Source: Candidatus Eiseniibacteriota bacterium (GTDB lineage: Bacteria; Eisenbacteria; RBG-16-71-46; CAIMUX01). From it: a stretch of DNA of 64,000 nt. A program made the position numbers and the translations under genes. Shown piece by piece: positions 34,067-42,305 of this stretch (its first letter is position 1; each line of letters opens with the position of its first letter). Location of the stretch: assembly GCA_016712505.1 (NCBI GenBank), contig JADJQY010000009.1, positions 234,690 to 298,689 of the forward strand, written 5' to 3'. Under the pieces are notes generated by a model. It saw only the letters and a program-made list of their open reading frames with translations, was not told where the DNA came from and did no database searches.

Positions 34067-34456
34067 CTACTTCCCGATCCCATACTCCCGCCAGCGGCGG
34101 TCGACCAGGCGGATCGTCTCGTCGTTCGAACGGACGGGGGCGGGATAGCCGGGCTTCCAGGTGGCGTCGATGCCGAGCGTGCCGCGGTGGGTGGGGCAGG
34201 CCTGGACGAGCTTCGACTCGCGGAAGCGAAGGTCGCGGGCGGCGTCGAAGCGGGTGAACATCCCCCAGAGAAGATGGGTCTCGTCGTCGAGGCGGACGTC
34301 GTCGCTCACCAGGATGAGCATCGGCAGCCGCTCGAGGGGCTCGCGGGCTCCCTGCGTGCCGGCCCAGGCGAGGAACGCGTCAGACTGGAATGCGCTCGAG
34401 TAGCGCACGCCCGTCGCTGCCGGCGCGAAGCGCGACGACCAGGCAGCTTCCGGCAA
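34067..34456 (-). pseudogene. UbiD-family C-terminal fragment (remnant of second UbiD-like gene)
   Basis: 'LILVSDDVRLDDETHLLWGMFTRFDAARDL...GTLGIDATWKPGYP' matches only the last ~120 aa of UbiD; overlaps 3' end of intact UbiD-like gene by 77 nt. Confidence 0.5.
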
Positions 34457-35903
34457 AGAGTCGCTGCGCGGTCACCGCGGGATCGAAACCGCGGAGATCG
34501 GGCAGGCCGCGCTCCTCGAGGAGCGCGCGCGCGGGGCGGCTGCGCTTGGGCGTGGCGTCCAGGATCATCTTGCTGCCGAGATTCATCTTGAACGAGGTGA
34601 AATCGAGCGTGTCGAGGGCGGTGCCGGGGAGCAGCGTGAAGTCGTGCTCGGGCTGGAAGTGTCGTCCGATGGCGGCGAAGACGCCGCTGGCGCTCCTGGC
34701 GTCGACGTCGGGGCCGACCGTGACCACCACCTTGCTGAGTGAGACCTGCCCGGTGCCGAGGAGGCCGAAGGCGGCCTTCATCGCCTCCTTCTCGTACCGC
34801 TCATGCACGCGGATCGAGAGGAGGTTGTGGAAGCCGGCCTCGAAGAAGGCCCAGAGGTCTTTCACTTCGGGGTGGATCATCCCGGCGAGAGGAGCCATCA
34901 GCTCCTGCAGCGCATCCCCGATCCAGCGATCCTCCTGCGGAGGTTGGCCGACGACCGAGGCGGGGTAGATGGCGTCACGGCGCCGGGTGATCTTCTTCAG
35001 ATGGAAGACCGGGAACTCCGAGGCGTGCGAGTAGTGGCCGAAGTGATCGCCGAACGGTCCCTCCATCCGACGCTCGCGCGGCGGGACCTCGCCTTCGAGC
35101 ACGAACTCTGCCGAGGCGGGGACCAGGTGGGGCACGCTGACTGCCCGGGCGACGGGCAGCGTGTCGCCGCGGAGGTAGGCGGCAAAGGCGAACTCGTCGA
35201 TGTCCTCGGGCAGCGGGGCGATCGAGGCGAGCATCAACACGGGATCGCCGCCGAGCACGACGCAGAGGGGCAAGGCCTGTCCGCGGGCCTCGGCCTCGTG
35301 GTAGTGGAAGCCGCCCCCCTTCTGGATCTGCATGTGCATGCCGGTGGTGCGTCCGTCGAAGACTTGCATCCGGTAGGTGCCGAGGTTACGGCCGCCGGTC
35401 ACTGGGTGGCGGGTGAGCACCATCGGCCAGGTGACGAAGGGGCCGCCGTCGAGTGGCCAGGAGGTGAGGATCGGCAGGCGGGTCAGGTCGGGCTCCTCCA
35501 CGACCTGCTGCGCTGGGGCCCCGGAGACGATGCGCGGCCGGGAGCGTCCGACCCGGAGCAGCACCTCGCGGCTCTTCCAGAGGCCGCCGAGCGACGGGGG
35601 CTGGAGGCGATGTGCGACCTCGACCAACTCGCGACCGATCTGCTCCGGCTTCCGGCCGAGCGCGAGTTCGATTCGACGGGCGCTGCCGAGGAGATTGCTC
35701 ACGATCGGGAAGTCGTACCCTTCGACCTGCTCGAACAGGACCGCCGGACCGTAGGCGGCGGAGACGCGGGAGATGATCTCGGCGACTTCATACCGCGCGC
35801 TGACCGGAACCTTCACCCGGGCCAGCTCGCCGCTGCGTTCCAGCACGGAGAGGAAGCTCCGCAGATCGCGGACCGCTCCGGTGCCGCCCGGCGCGGCGCT
35901 CAC
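34380..35903 (-). CDS. UbiD-family (de)carboxylase (3-octaprenyl-4-hydroxybenzoate carboxy-lyase-like; futalosine-pathway-associated)
   Basis: Full-length alignment to UbiD blocks ('VVVTVGPDVDARSASGVFAAIGRHFQPEHDFTLL', 'GSKMILDATPK'); GTG start with GGGAGGG RBS; overlaps ubiX stop (GTGA). Confidence 0.8.
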   Translation of the reverse strand: MSAAPGGTGAVRDLRSFLSVLERSGELARVKVPVSARYEVAEIISRVSAAYGPAVLFEQVEGYDFPIVSNLLGSARRIELALGRKPEQIGRELVEVAHRLQPPSLGGLWKSREVLLRVGRSRPRIVSGAPAQQVVEEPDLTRLPILTSWPLDGGPFVTWPMVLTRHPVTGGRNLGTYRMQVFDGRTTGMHMQIQKGGGFHYHEAEARGQALPLCVVLGGDPVLMLASIAPLPEDIDEFAFAAYLRGDTLPVARAVSVPHLVPASAEFVLEGEVPPRERRMEGPFGDHFGHYSHASEFPVFHLKKITRRRDAIYPASVVGQPPQEDRWIGDALQELMAPLAGMIHPEVKDLWAFFEAGFHNLLSIRVHERYEKEAMKAAFGLLGTGQVSLSKVVVTVGPDVDARSASGVFAAIGRHFQPEHDFTLLPGTALDTLDFTSFKMNLGSKMILDATPKRSRPARALLEERGLPDLRGFDPAVTAQRLFAGSCLVVALRAGSDGRALLERIPV

Positions 35904-36460
35904 TCCGTCCCTCCCAGGCTCTCCTCGCGCCAGCCGGCGGCGGTGGGTGCTCCGATCAGGCCGAGCAGCTTCTGGGTGTAGCCGTGCACCATCTCCTCCA
36001 GCGTGGCGGGGCGATTGTAGAACGGGGGCATGATCGGGGCGACGATAGCGCCGTCTCTGGTCACGCGCAGCGCATTCTCGAGCATGGTGGCCGAGAGCGG
36101 AGTCTCCCGCAGGGCGAGGATGAGCCGCATCCGTTCCTTGAGCGCCACCAGTGCGGCTCGTGTGATCAGCGTGTCGGCCAGCCCGGCGGCGATCTTGGCC
36201 ATGGTCGAGGCGCTGCACGGCACGATCACGAAAGCGTCGTACCGATTCGAGCCGGAAGAGAACGGCGCGGCAAGATCCTTGTCGGAGAAGATACCGCTGA
36301 CGTGGGGCCGGAGCGCGTCGAGCTTGAGATCGAGCTCGTCCTGCAGGACCGCGCGTCCCCAATCGGAGACGATGAGGTATTTCTCGCCGGGGCAACTCCG
36401 GACGAAGTCGACCCCGAAGGCGGCGCCCGAGGCGCCGGTGATGCCGATCAGTACACGCAC
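35900..36460 (-). CDS. ubiX: Flavin prenyltransferase UbiX-like
   Basis: 'VRVLIGITGASGAAFGVDFV' N-terminus typical of UbiX/Pad1; GTG start with GGGAGAG RBS. Confidence 0.8.
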   Translation of the reverse strand: MRVLIGITGASGAAFGVDFVRSCPGEKYLIVSDWGRAVLQDELDLKLDALRPHVSGIFSDKDLAAPFSSGSNRYDAFVIVPCSASTMAKIAAGLADTLITRAALVALKERMRLILALRETPLSATMLENALRVTRDGAIVAPIMPPFYNRPATLEEMVHGYTQKLLGLIGAPTAAGWREESLGGTE

Positions 36461-36486
36461 GGAACTCTCCCGCTTTCCGCGCCGAT

Positions 36487-37353
36487 TCAGCGCAGGAAGA
36501 CCCCGATCGCGACCATTGCCGCGACCGCGAAACCGATCACCAGGTTGATGCGAAAGAAGGCCAGGTCCACGTTTTCCGCGCAGCGTTGCTCGAGCAGGAG
36601 CAGCAGTCCGCAGAGAACGAGGGGAACGAGGGTCCACCGCGACCACTGTTGCACGATCACGAGCTGGACCAGCGCGGCGAAGGCGAGCAGGTGGAGCAGG
36701 GCGGAAGCACGAAGGGCGCCGGTGCGGCCGAGGGCGGCGGGCATCGAGTGGATGCCCGCTCGTCGGTCGAACTCCTCATCGAGCGTGGCATAGATGATGT
36801 CGAACCCGGCGACCCAGGCGACGCCGAAGAGACCGAGCGGCAGCACCGAGAGCCAGCCGTCGAAGCTCTGACGAACGGCGAGCCAACCGCCGAGCGGGGC
36901 GAGACCGAGGGCGATCCCGACGCCGAAGTGGCAGAATCGGGTGAACCGTTTGAGGAAGGGATAGAGGGCGAAAACGGCGAGCGGGATCGGCGCCAGGGCG
37001 AGGGTCACCCGGCCGAGCAGCCCGGCGCCGAGGAAGTAGAGCAGCCCTCCGACCAGCGCCACCCCCCAGGCCTGCGCGAGGGAAAGCGCGCCCCGCGGCA
37101 GCTCGCGCGAGGCGGTTCGCGCGTTCTGCGCGTCGATCTTCCGGTCGATGATCCGGTTGAGGGCCATGGCGGCGGTACGGGCCCCCACCGCCGCGAGCAG
37201 CCCGCAGGCGAAGACCCGTGCCGTCGGCCAGCCGCCGGCGCCGATCCAGAGCCCCGCGACGACCAGCGGGAGTGAGAACAGCGTGTGCGACACCCGGACG
37301 AACCGGCCCAGGTTCGTCAGGTTGAGACCGGGTTCCACCGCGGCCTGGGTCAT
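36487..37353 (-). CDS. UbiA-family aromatic prenyltransferase (MqnP-like)
   Basis: 8-9 TM helices; 'NRIIDRKIDAQNARTASRELP' and 'DIIYATLDEEFDRRAGIHSMP' Asp-rich motifs of UbiA superfamily; AAGGAGGTG RBS. Confidence 0.75.
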   Translation of the reverse strand: MTQAAVEPGLNLTNLGRFVRVSHTLFSLPLVVAGLWIGAGGWPTARVFACGLLAAVGARTAAMALNRIIDRKIDAQNARTASRELPRGALSLAQAWGVALVGGLLYFLGAGLLGRVTLALAPIPLAVFALYPFLKRFTRFCHFGVGIALGLAPLGGWLAVRQSFDGWLSVLPLGLFGVAWVAGFDIIYATLDEEFDRRAGIHSMPAALGRTGALRASALLHLLAFAALVQLVIVQQWSRWTLVPLVLCGLLLLLEQRCAENVDLAFFRINLVIGFAVAAMVAIGVFLR

Positions 37354-37649
37354 CGAGAACACCTCCTTGGTCCGAACGGCGGATTATCGGGGATTCGGCG
37401 GGGAAATCCACCGAGAGTTGCCGCGCGAGGGTTCGATCCGGGAAATCACAGTTGCGGCGTATTTTCCGGCTCCCGGACGCGACTGTCTCAACAGCAGGGG
37501 GCGGAGTGCCTTCGGGCAGGGGAGGTGCAGGCGGGCGACCTCGCTCCACCCAACCCCCGCCGTGCCGGCTCCCGATTCGTCGGTTTTCATTTGCACAGCC
37601 TTTCAGGATCGCTTGAAAGGCCGTGCCATCACTCAGGGAGGGTTCGCTG

Positions 37650-39578
37650 ATGAAGGTTTCGATTCCCGCTTACCTGCTCGCGCTGGCGCTGGCAGCGCCG
37701 GTGGCCCACGCCCAGACGATCACCGTCACCGCCGGCACCGATCCGATCGACATCGACCCGGCGACCGCGACCATCGCGGATCTCCCGGGTCCAGACGGTC
37801 TGGTCTCGTTCTCGGAGGCGATGATCGCCTCAAACAACACGCCGGGGCATCAGACGATCGGCTTTGCGATCCCGCAGTCGGATTGGCAGATGCAGTGGCT
37901 CTATCCCGGTCGGGCCGTGGTCTGGACCAGCTACTCGTTCTATTGGACCGGGTATGACTCGGTCACGATCGACGGCACCACACAGACCGCCTTCACCGGA
38001 GATACGAACCCGAACGGCGCCGAGGTCGCGTTCTTCGGCGGGCAGTTCTATCTGCTGGCGGATGACTGTGTGATCCGGGGACTGGACAGCACGCCGCTCT
38101 ACGTCAACGGATCCCGGGCGCACATCTACGAGAACTCCGCCGTGGGGGTCGAGATCTACGACGGGTCCGGCAGCCTGGTCGAGCGGAACACCGGCCACAC
38201 GCTGCAGTTTCGGGAGTCGAACGACAACGTCGCGATCGGAAACACCTTCGACCGGGTACGGATCATCGGTTGGTTCGCCAACGGGCGCCAGGCGACGAAC
38301 AATCGGATCGGCGGGCCGGCACCGTCGGATCGCAACTACCTCCTCGGCACTGGCACCTGGACCGAGGAGGGATCCCCGGGCGGCTTTGCCGTGCAGCTCT
38401 TTGACACCGATCAGACGGTGATCGAGAACAACTCGATCGGCAGCACGCCGGACGGGATGTCCCAGGGGCATCTGGCCACCACGATGGGGATCATGATCGA
38501 ATCGAAGAACACCCAGGTCACGGTGCGCGGAAACCGGATCGCGGGGATCCTCGGTCAGGGGATCGGGCCCCACCATGCGGGGCAGCTCTATGGCTGGGCC
38601 ATCCACATCTCGGGCGAAGGGAACGGATTCGACTTCGTCGGCAACACGGTCGGACTGAATGCGAACGGGGAGCCGCTGCTCGGCAGCATCTACGGCTTCG
38701 AGATCGGATCGAGATACAGCCCGAGCTTGCTGAACGTTCGTATCGGCGGGGAGAACCCGGGTGAGGGGAACACCATCGCCGGGCACCGCTTCAGCGGTGT
38801 GGTGGTCGGACGCGAGGCCCAGCAGGTGCGATTGAGCGGCAACTCCATCTATGCGAATCAAGCGATCGGTATCGATCTGGTAACCAGCGCGTTTGGCTAT
38901 GGAGTCACCGCGAACGACGCGATGGACACCGATGCCGGGGGGAACGGGCTGCAAAACTTCCCGCTACTCACCGCGGCGACCACCGCCGGCGGCTTCGTTC
39001 ACCTTACGGGCACCCTGGGCAGCGCCGCCTCGGCGGCCTACCGGATCGACGTCTTCGCGTCGCCGGGCTGCGATGCCTCGGGATTCGGGGAGGGGCAGAT
39101 CTACCTCGGGTCGACCAGCGTGTCGACCAACGCCGCCGGAAACGCCGCCTTCGACGTCTCACTCCCGGCGGAAGTGCCGGTCGGCTGGGTGCTGACCTCG
39201 ACGGCGACGCGTCAGAGCACGGGAGCGACCTCGGAGTTCTCGGCCTGCCAGGTGCTCACTGCGGGCACGACCGACGCGGCGGAGCTGGTCGAGCCGGGCC
39301 TCGGTTTGGTCCTCGATCCGGGCGCGCCGAATCCGTTCGTGACCGGGACCGCCATCCGGTTCCGCCTGGCCGAGTCAGGCCCGGTTCGAATCGAGGTTTT
39401 CGATATCGGTGGCCGGCTGGTGCGGACGCTGCTGGCAGGCACGCAGCCGGCGGGAGCGCATGTGATCGAGTGGGATGGACTGGACGCCGAAGGGCACGCG
39501 GTAGCCGGCGGGATCTATCTGGTCAGCTTGCAAGGGGGCGGCGCGGCGGTGACCCGTCGCGTGGTTCGCGTGCGCTGA
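37650..39578 (+). CDS. Secreted right-handed beta-helix (pectin-lyase-fold) protein with T9SS/FlgD-Ig-like C-terminal domain
   Basis: GGGAGGG RBS; signal peptide MKVSIPAYLLALALAAPVAHA; C-terminal 'GGIYLVSLQGGGAAVTRRVVRVR'. Confidence 0.6.
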   Translation: MKVSIPAYLLALALAAPVAHAQTITVTAGTDPIDIDPATATIADLPGPDGLVSFSEAMIASNNTPGHQTIGFAIPQSDWQMQWLYPGRAVVWTSYSFYWTGYDSVTIDGTTQTAFTGDTNPNGAEVAFFGGQFYLLADDCVIRGLDSTPLYVNGSRAHIYENSAVGVEIYDGSGSLVERNTGHTLQFRESNDNVAIGNTFDRVRIIGWFANGRQATNNRIGGPAPSDRNYLLGTGTWTEEGSPGGFAVQLFDTDQTVIENNSIGSTPDGMSQGHLATTMGIMIESKNTQVTVRGNRIAGILGQGIGPHHAGQLYGWAIHISGEGNGFDFVGNTVGLNANGEPLLGSIYGFEIGSRYSPSLLNVRIGGENPGEGNTIAGHRFSGVVVGREAQQVRLSGNSIYANQAIGIDLVTSAFGYGVTANDAMDTDAGGNGLQNFPLLTAATTAGGFVHLTGTLGSAASAAYRIDVFASPGCDASGFGEGQIYLGSTSVSTNAAGNAAFDVSLPAEVPVGWVLTSTATRQSTGATSEFSACQVLTAGTTDAAELVEPGLGLVLDPGAPNPFVTGTAIRFRLAESGPVRIEVFDIGGRLVRTLLAGTQPAGAHVIEWDGLDAEGHAVAGGIYLVSLQGGGAAVTRRVVRVR

Positions 39579-39620
39579 CCAGTTTCGGCGTCACCGCGGT
39601 GGCGCCTCGAGCATGGGCGG

Positions 39621-39643
39621 GATTGTCCCCGGGGGCAGTCCCC
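39621..39643 (+). repeat. Palindromic repeat copy I (gattgtccccgggggcagtcccc) downstream of 37650..39578
   Basis: Read directly; resembles the inferred uninterrupted intron target. Confidence 0.6.
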
Positions 39644-39844
39644 AGGCACGAATTGCGGGCCGTCGACCTCTGCGGGGTCGGCGGCCCGCGGCTGCATCAA
39701 TCCGGCGTCTGCCTGGCTCGACTTGATCAGGCGCCGCGCCGATGCGACAATGCGACGTTTGCCGCGACGTTTGGTGGTGACGGCCCTGGGCGACGGGTCG
39801 GAACCGCAACGGATCGACGCTGGAGTTCGGTTGGGGAGACCTGC

Positions 39845-40060
39845 ATGATCGTGTGCCTGTGCAAAGGGGTGTCGGACCAGCGGATCCTGGCGGCGATCCG
39901 GGATGGTGCCCGGACCCCGGCCGAGGTGGGGCGCGCCACCGGGGCCGGCACCGACTGTGGAACCTGTCGCGAAACGGTCGCGGACATCCTGCGACGTGCC
40001 CTGAGTCCCGAAGGCGGTCCGGGCGACCCCGGCCCCGACAACGTAGCGGCGCAACCGTAG
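39845..40060 (+). CDS. bfd: Bacterioferritin-associated ferredoxin (BFD-like [2Fe-2S] protein)
   Basis: 'MIVCLCKGVSDQRILAAI...GTDCGTCRE' four-Cys BFD motif; immediately upstream of bfr. Confidence 0.75.
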   Translation: MIVCLCKGVSDQRILAAIRDGARTPAEVGRATGAGTDCGTCRETVADILRRALSPEGGPGDPGPDNVAAQP

Positions 40061-40080
40061 CCGCAAAGGAGACCGCTTCC

Positions 40081-40557
40081 ATGAAGGCGAAAGACCCGAA
40101 GATCGTCGAGATCCTGAACGACGTGCTCACCGCGGAGCTGACCGCGATCAATCAGTACTTCGTTCATGCGGAGATGTGCCGGAACTGGGGCTATCAGAAG
40201 CTCTACGGCTTCATCCGCAAGGAAGCGATCGAGGAGATGAAGCATGCGGAGCAGGTGATGGAGCGGATCCTGTTCCTCGATGGGATTCCGAACGTCCAGA
40301 AGCTCTCGAAGATCAACGTGGGCGAGACCGTCCTCGAGCAGTTCAAGTCGGACCTGGCGCTGGAGCTGCTGGCGATCCCGCGCCTGAACGACGGACTGGA
40401 GCACTGTCGCGCCACCGGAGACAACGGGACCCGCTCGCTGCTCGAGCGGATCCTGGTCAACGAGGAAGAGCATGTCGATTGGCTGGAGGCCCAGCTCACG
40501 TTGATCGAGCAGGTGGGCGAGGCGAACTACCTTGCGCAACAGATTCAGAACGACTGA
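40081..40557 (+). CDS. bfr: Bacterioferritin
   Basis: 158 aa; 'ILNDVLTAELTAINQYFVHAEMCRNWGY' and 'EEEHVDWLEAQL' ferroxidase/heme-Met motifs; AAAGGAGA RBS. Confidence 0.9.
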   Translation: MKAKDPKIVEILNDVLTAELTAINQYFVHAEMCRNWGYQKLYGFIRKEAIEEMKHAEQVMERILFLDGIPNVQKLSKINVGETVLEQFKSDLALELLAIPRLNDGLEHCRATGDNGTRSLLERILVNEEEHVDWLEAQLTLIEQVGEANYLAQQIQND

Positions 40558-40607
40558 ACGACGGGAGCGGATGGGGCATGAGGGGGTGTGAGGGAGTGGG
40601 ACGGTCG

Positions 40608-41303
40608 ATGCTCGCGGGCCTCGCCGTGCTGTCGCTGCTTCTCCTGGGGACTGCATCCTCGTGCGGAAAGCCGGGGGAGACCGGGGCATCGAGCAGCGGG
40701 AAGGGGGCGAAGGGGAAGCCGACCCGATCGAAGGCCGAGGAACTCAAGATCCTCGATCCGGCCTTCCAACCGTTTCGCCGGGACTTCGAGGAGGCGGCGG
40801 GCAAGGTGCGGCTGGTGCTCGTCGTCGCTCCGACCTGCGGTGAGTGCAACGAGAACACCTTCGAGATCCATGATCAGCTTCTCTACCGGGTGAAGGACGA
40901 GGATCTCGCGCTCTTCGTGGTCTGGAACTCGATCCTGCCGACCGACGTCGAGCCGCGGGCGCGCCAGAACTCGCAGCGCTGGACCGACCCACGGGGGCAG
41001 AACTACTGGGACGACAGCGGGCAGATCGCTCGCGCGTTCGGACGGATGCTCGATCTGGAACCGGGGGCTCCGGCCTTCGACTGCTACTTCCTCTATGATC
41101 GCGATGCCACCTTCGATCCGAACAACACCATGGAGTCGGAACCGCCGGACTTTCGCGCGCTGAAGGAGGGGTGGGTCCCCACCGCCCCGGTCGGCCGTTG
41201 GACCTCGAACCGGAACGTGCGTCTGCCGGGCTTCGACTGGCGAAAGATCGAGGTGCGGGTGCTCGAAGTGCTCGGTTCCGCGGGAGAACCAGAGGCTCCG
41301 TAG
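40608..41303 (+). CDS. Lipoprotein with CxxC motif (thioredoxin-fold-like?), unknown function
   Basis: Lipoprotein signal MLAGLAVLSLLLLGTASSCG; 'VVAPTCGEC'; co-directional with bfd-bfr. Confidence 0.5.
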   Translation: MLAGLAVLSLLLLGTASSCGKPGETGASSSGKGAKGKPTRSKAEELKILDPAFQPFRRDFEEAAGKVRLVLVVAPTCGECNENTFEIHDQLLYRVKDEDLALFVVWNSILPTDVEPRARQNSQRWTDPRGQNYWDDSGQIARAFGRMLDLEPGAPAFDCYFLYDRDATFDPNNTMESEPPDFRALKEGWVPTAPVGRWTSNRNVRLPGFDWRKIEVRVLEVLGSAGEPEAP

Positions 41304-41349
41304 CGCGAACCACTTGCCTCACCGGGCGGCTGAACCCGGCCGGTATGCC

Positions 41350-41384
41350 AACGGCGGAGCGGGCTTCCCCTCCGCCGTTTCTTC
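41350..41384 (+). terminator. Rho-independent terminator after bfd-bfr-lipoprotein operon
   Basis: Perfect 10-bp stem aacggcggag/ctccgccgtt, 10-nt loop, followed by tcttc. Confidence 0.55.
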
Positions 41385-41597
41385 AGTTGAACGGCCAGGT
41401 TGCGCCGTTGACCCGCGGGAGAAACCGGCCCGGGGCACGTTTTCCGGATGGATGTTGGCGACGGCCGCCGAAACCTCTCCTGGGTTTGAGCGCGGCCGAT
41501 CAGCGGGCCGCGCGGTCGCTCCGCTCTGGAGGTCGAACTGTTCGAGAACTACCCGAAGGCGCGCCCGCCACTCCCGCCCGCGATCGAGGCGATCTAC

Positions 41598-42299
41598 GTG
41601 GAGCACTATCGGGCGAATCGCCGAGGCAGAACCGTCGCTTCCGGCTGGAGTCAACGCCTGGAGGGGTGGCTGCATCGCCAGGTGGCATCTGATCTGCGCG
41701 GCGTTACCAGGGCGAGCACGGCGACGCTCGAGCTGGGCGCCGGGACACTCAACCAACTGCCGTACGAACCCGAGGGCGAGGCGTACGATATCGTGGAGCC
41801 GTTCGTCGCGCTCTATGCGGACTCACCCCTCCGCGCGCGGGTCCGGACCATCTATGCCGACATCACGGAGATCGAGCCGGAGCGCCGTTACGATCGGATC
41901 ACCTCGGTGGCGACTCTGGAGCATGCCTGTGACCTGCCGGGCCTGATCGCGCTCTCCGGTCTTCACCTGGCCGCGGGGGGAGTGTTTCGAGCGAGCATCC
42001 CGAGCGAGGGTACGCTGCTCTGGACCTTGGGGTGGAAGCTGACCACGGGCTTGGAGTTCCGTTTGCGTCGGGGGCTGGACTACGGGGCGTTGATGCGGCA
42101 TGACCATGTGAACACCGCCGACGAGATCGAGGAGGTGCTCGGCCACTTCTTCGCTCGCCGCATCTGTCGGGTGCTGGGGTTCAGCCGACGCTTCTCGCTC
42201 TACCGCTACTACGAGTGCCGCGACCCCGATCTCGGTCGCTGCCGCGCCTTCCTGGCCGCGCGCGAATCCAGCCTCGCGCCCTCGCGCCGCGCCGCCTGA
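41598..42299 (+). CDS. Class I SAM-dependent methyltransferase-like protein
   Basis: 'ATLELGAGTLNQ' motif I-like; GTG start; in-frame upstream 25 codons lack a start codon. Confidence 0.45.
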   Translation: MEHYRANRRGRTVASGWSQRLEGWLHRQVASDLRGVTRASTATLELGAGTLNQLPYEPEGEAYDIVEPFVALYADSPLRARVRTIYADITEIEPERRYDRITSVATLEHACDLPGLIALSGLHLAAGGVFRASIPSEGTLLWTLGWKLTTGLEFRLRRGLDYGALMRHDHVNTADEIEEVLGHFFARRICRVLGFSRRFSLYRYYECRDPDLGRCRAFLAARESSLAPSRRAA

Positions 42300-42305
42300 C
42301 CGAGG

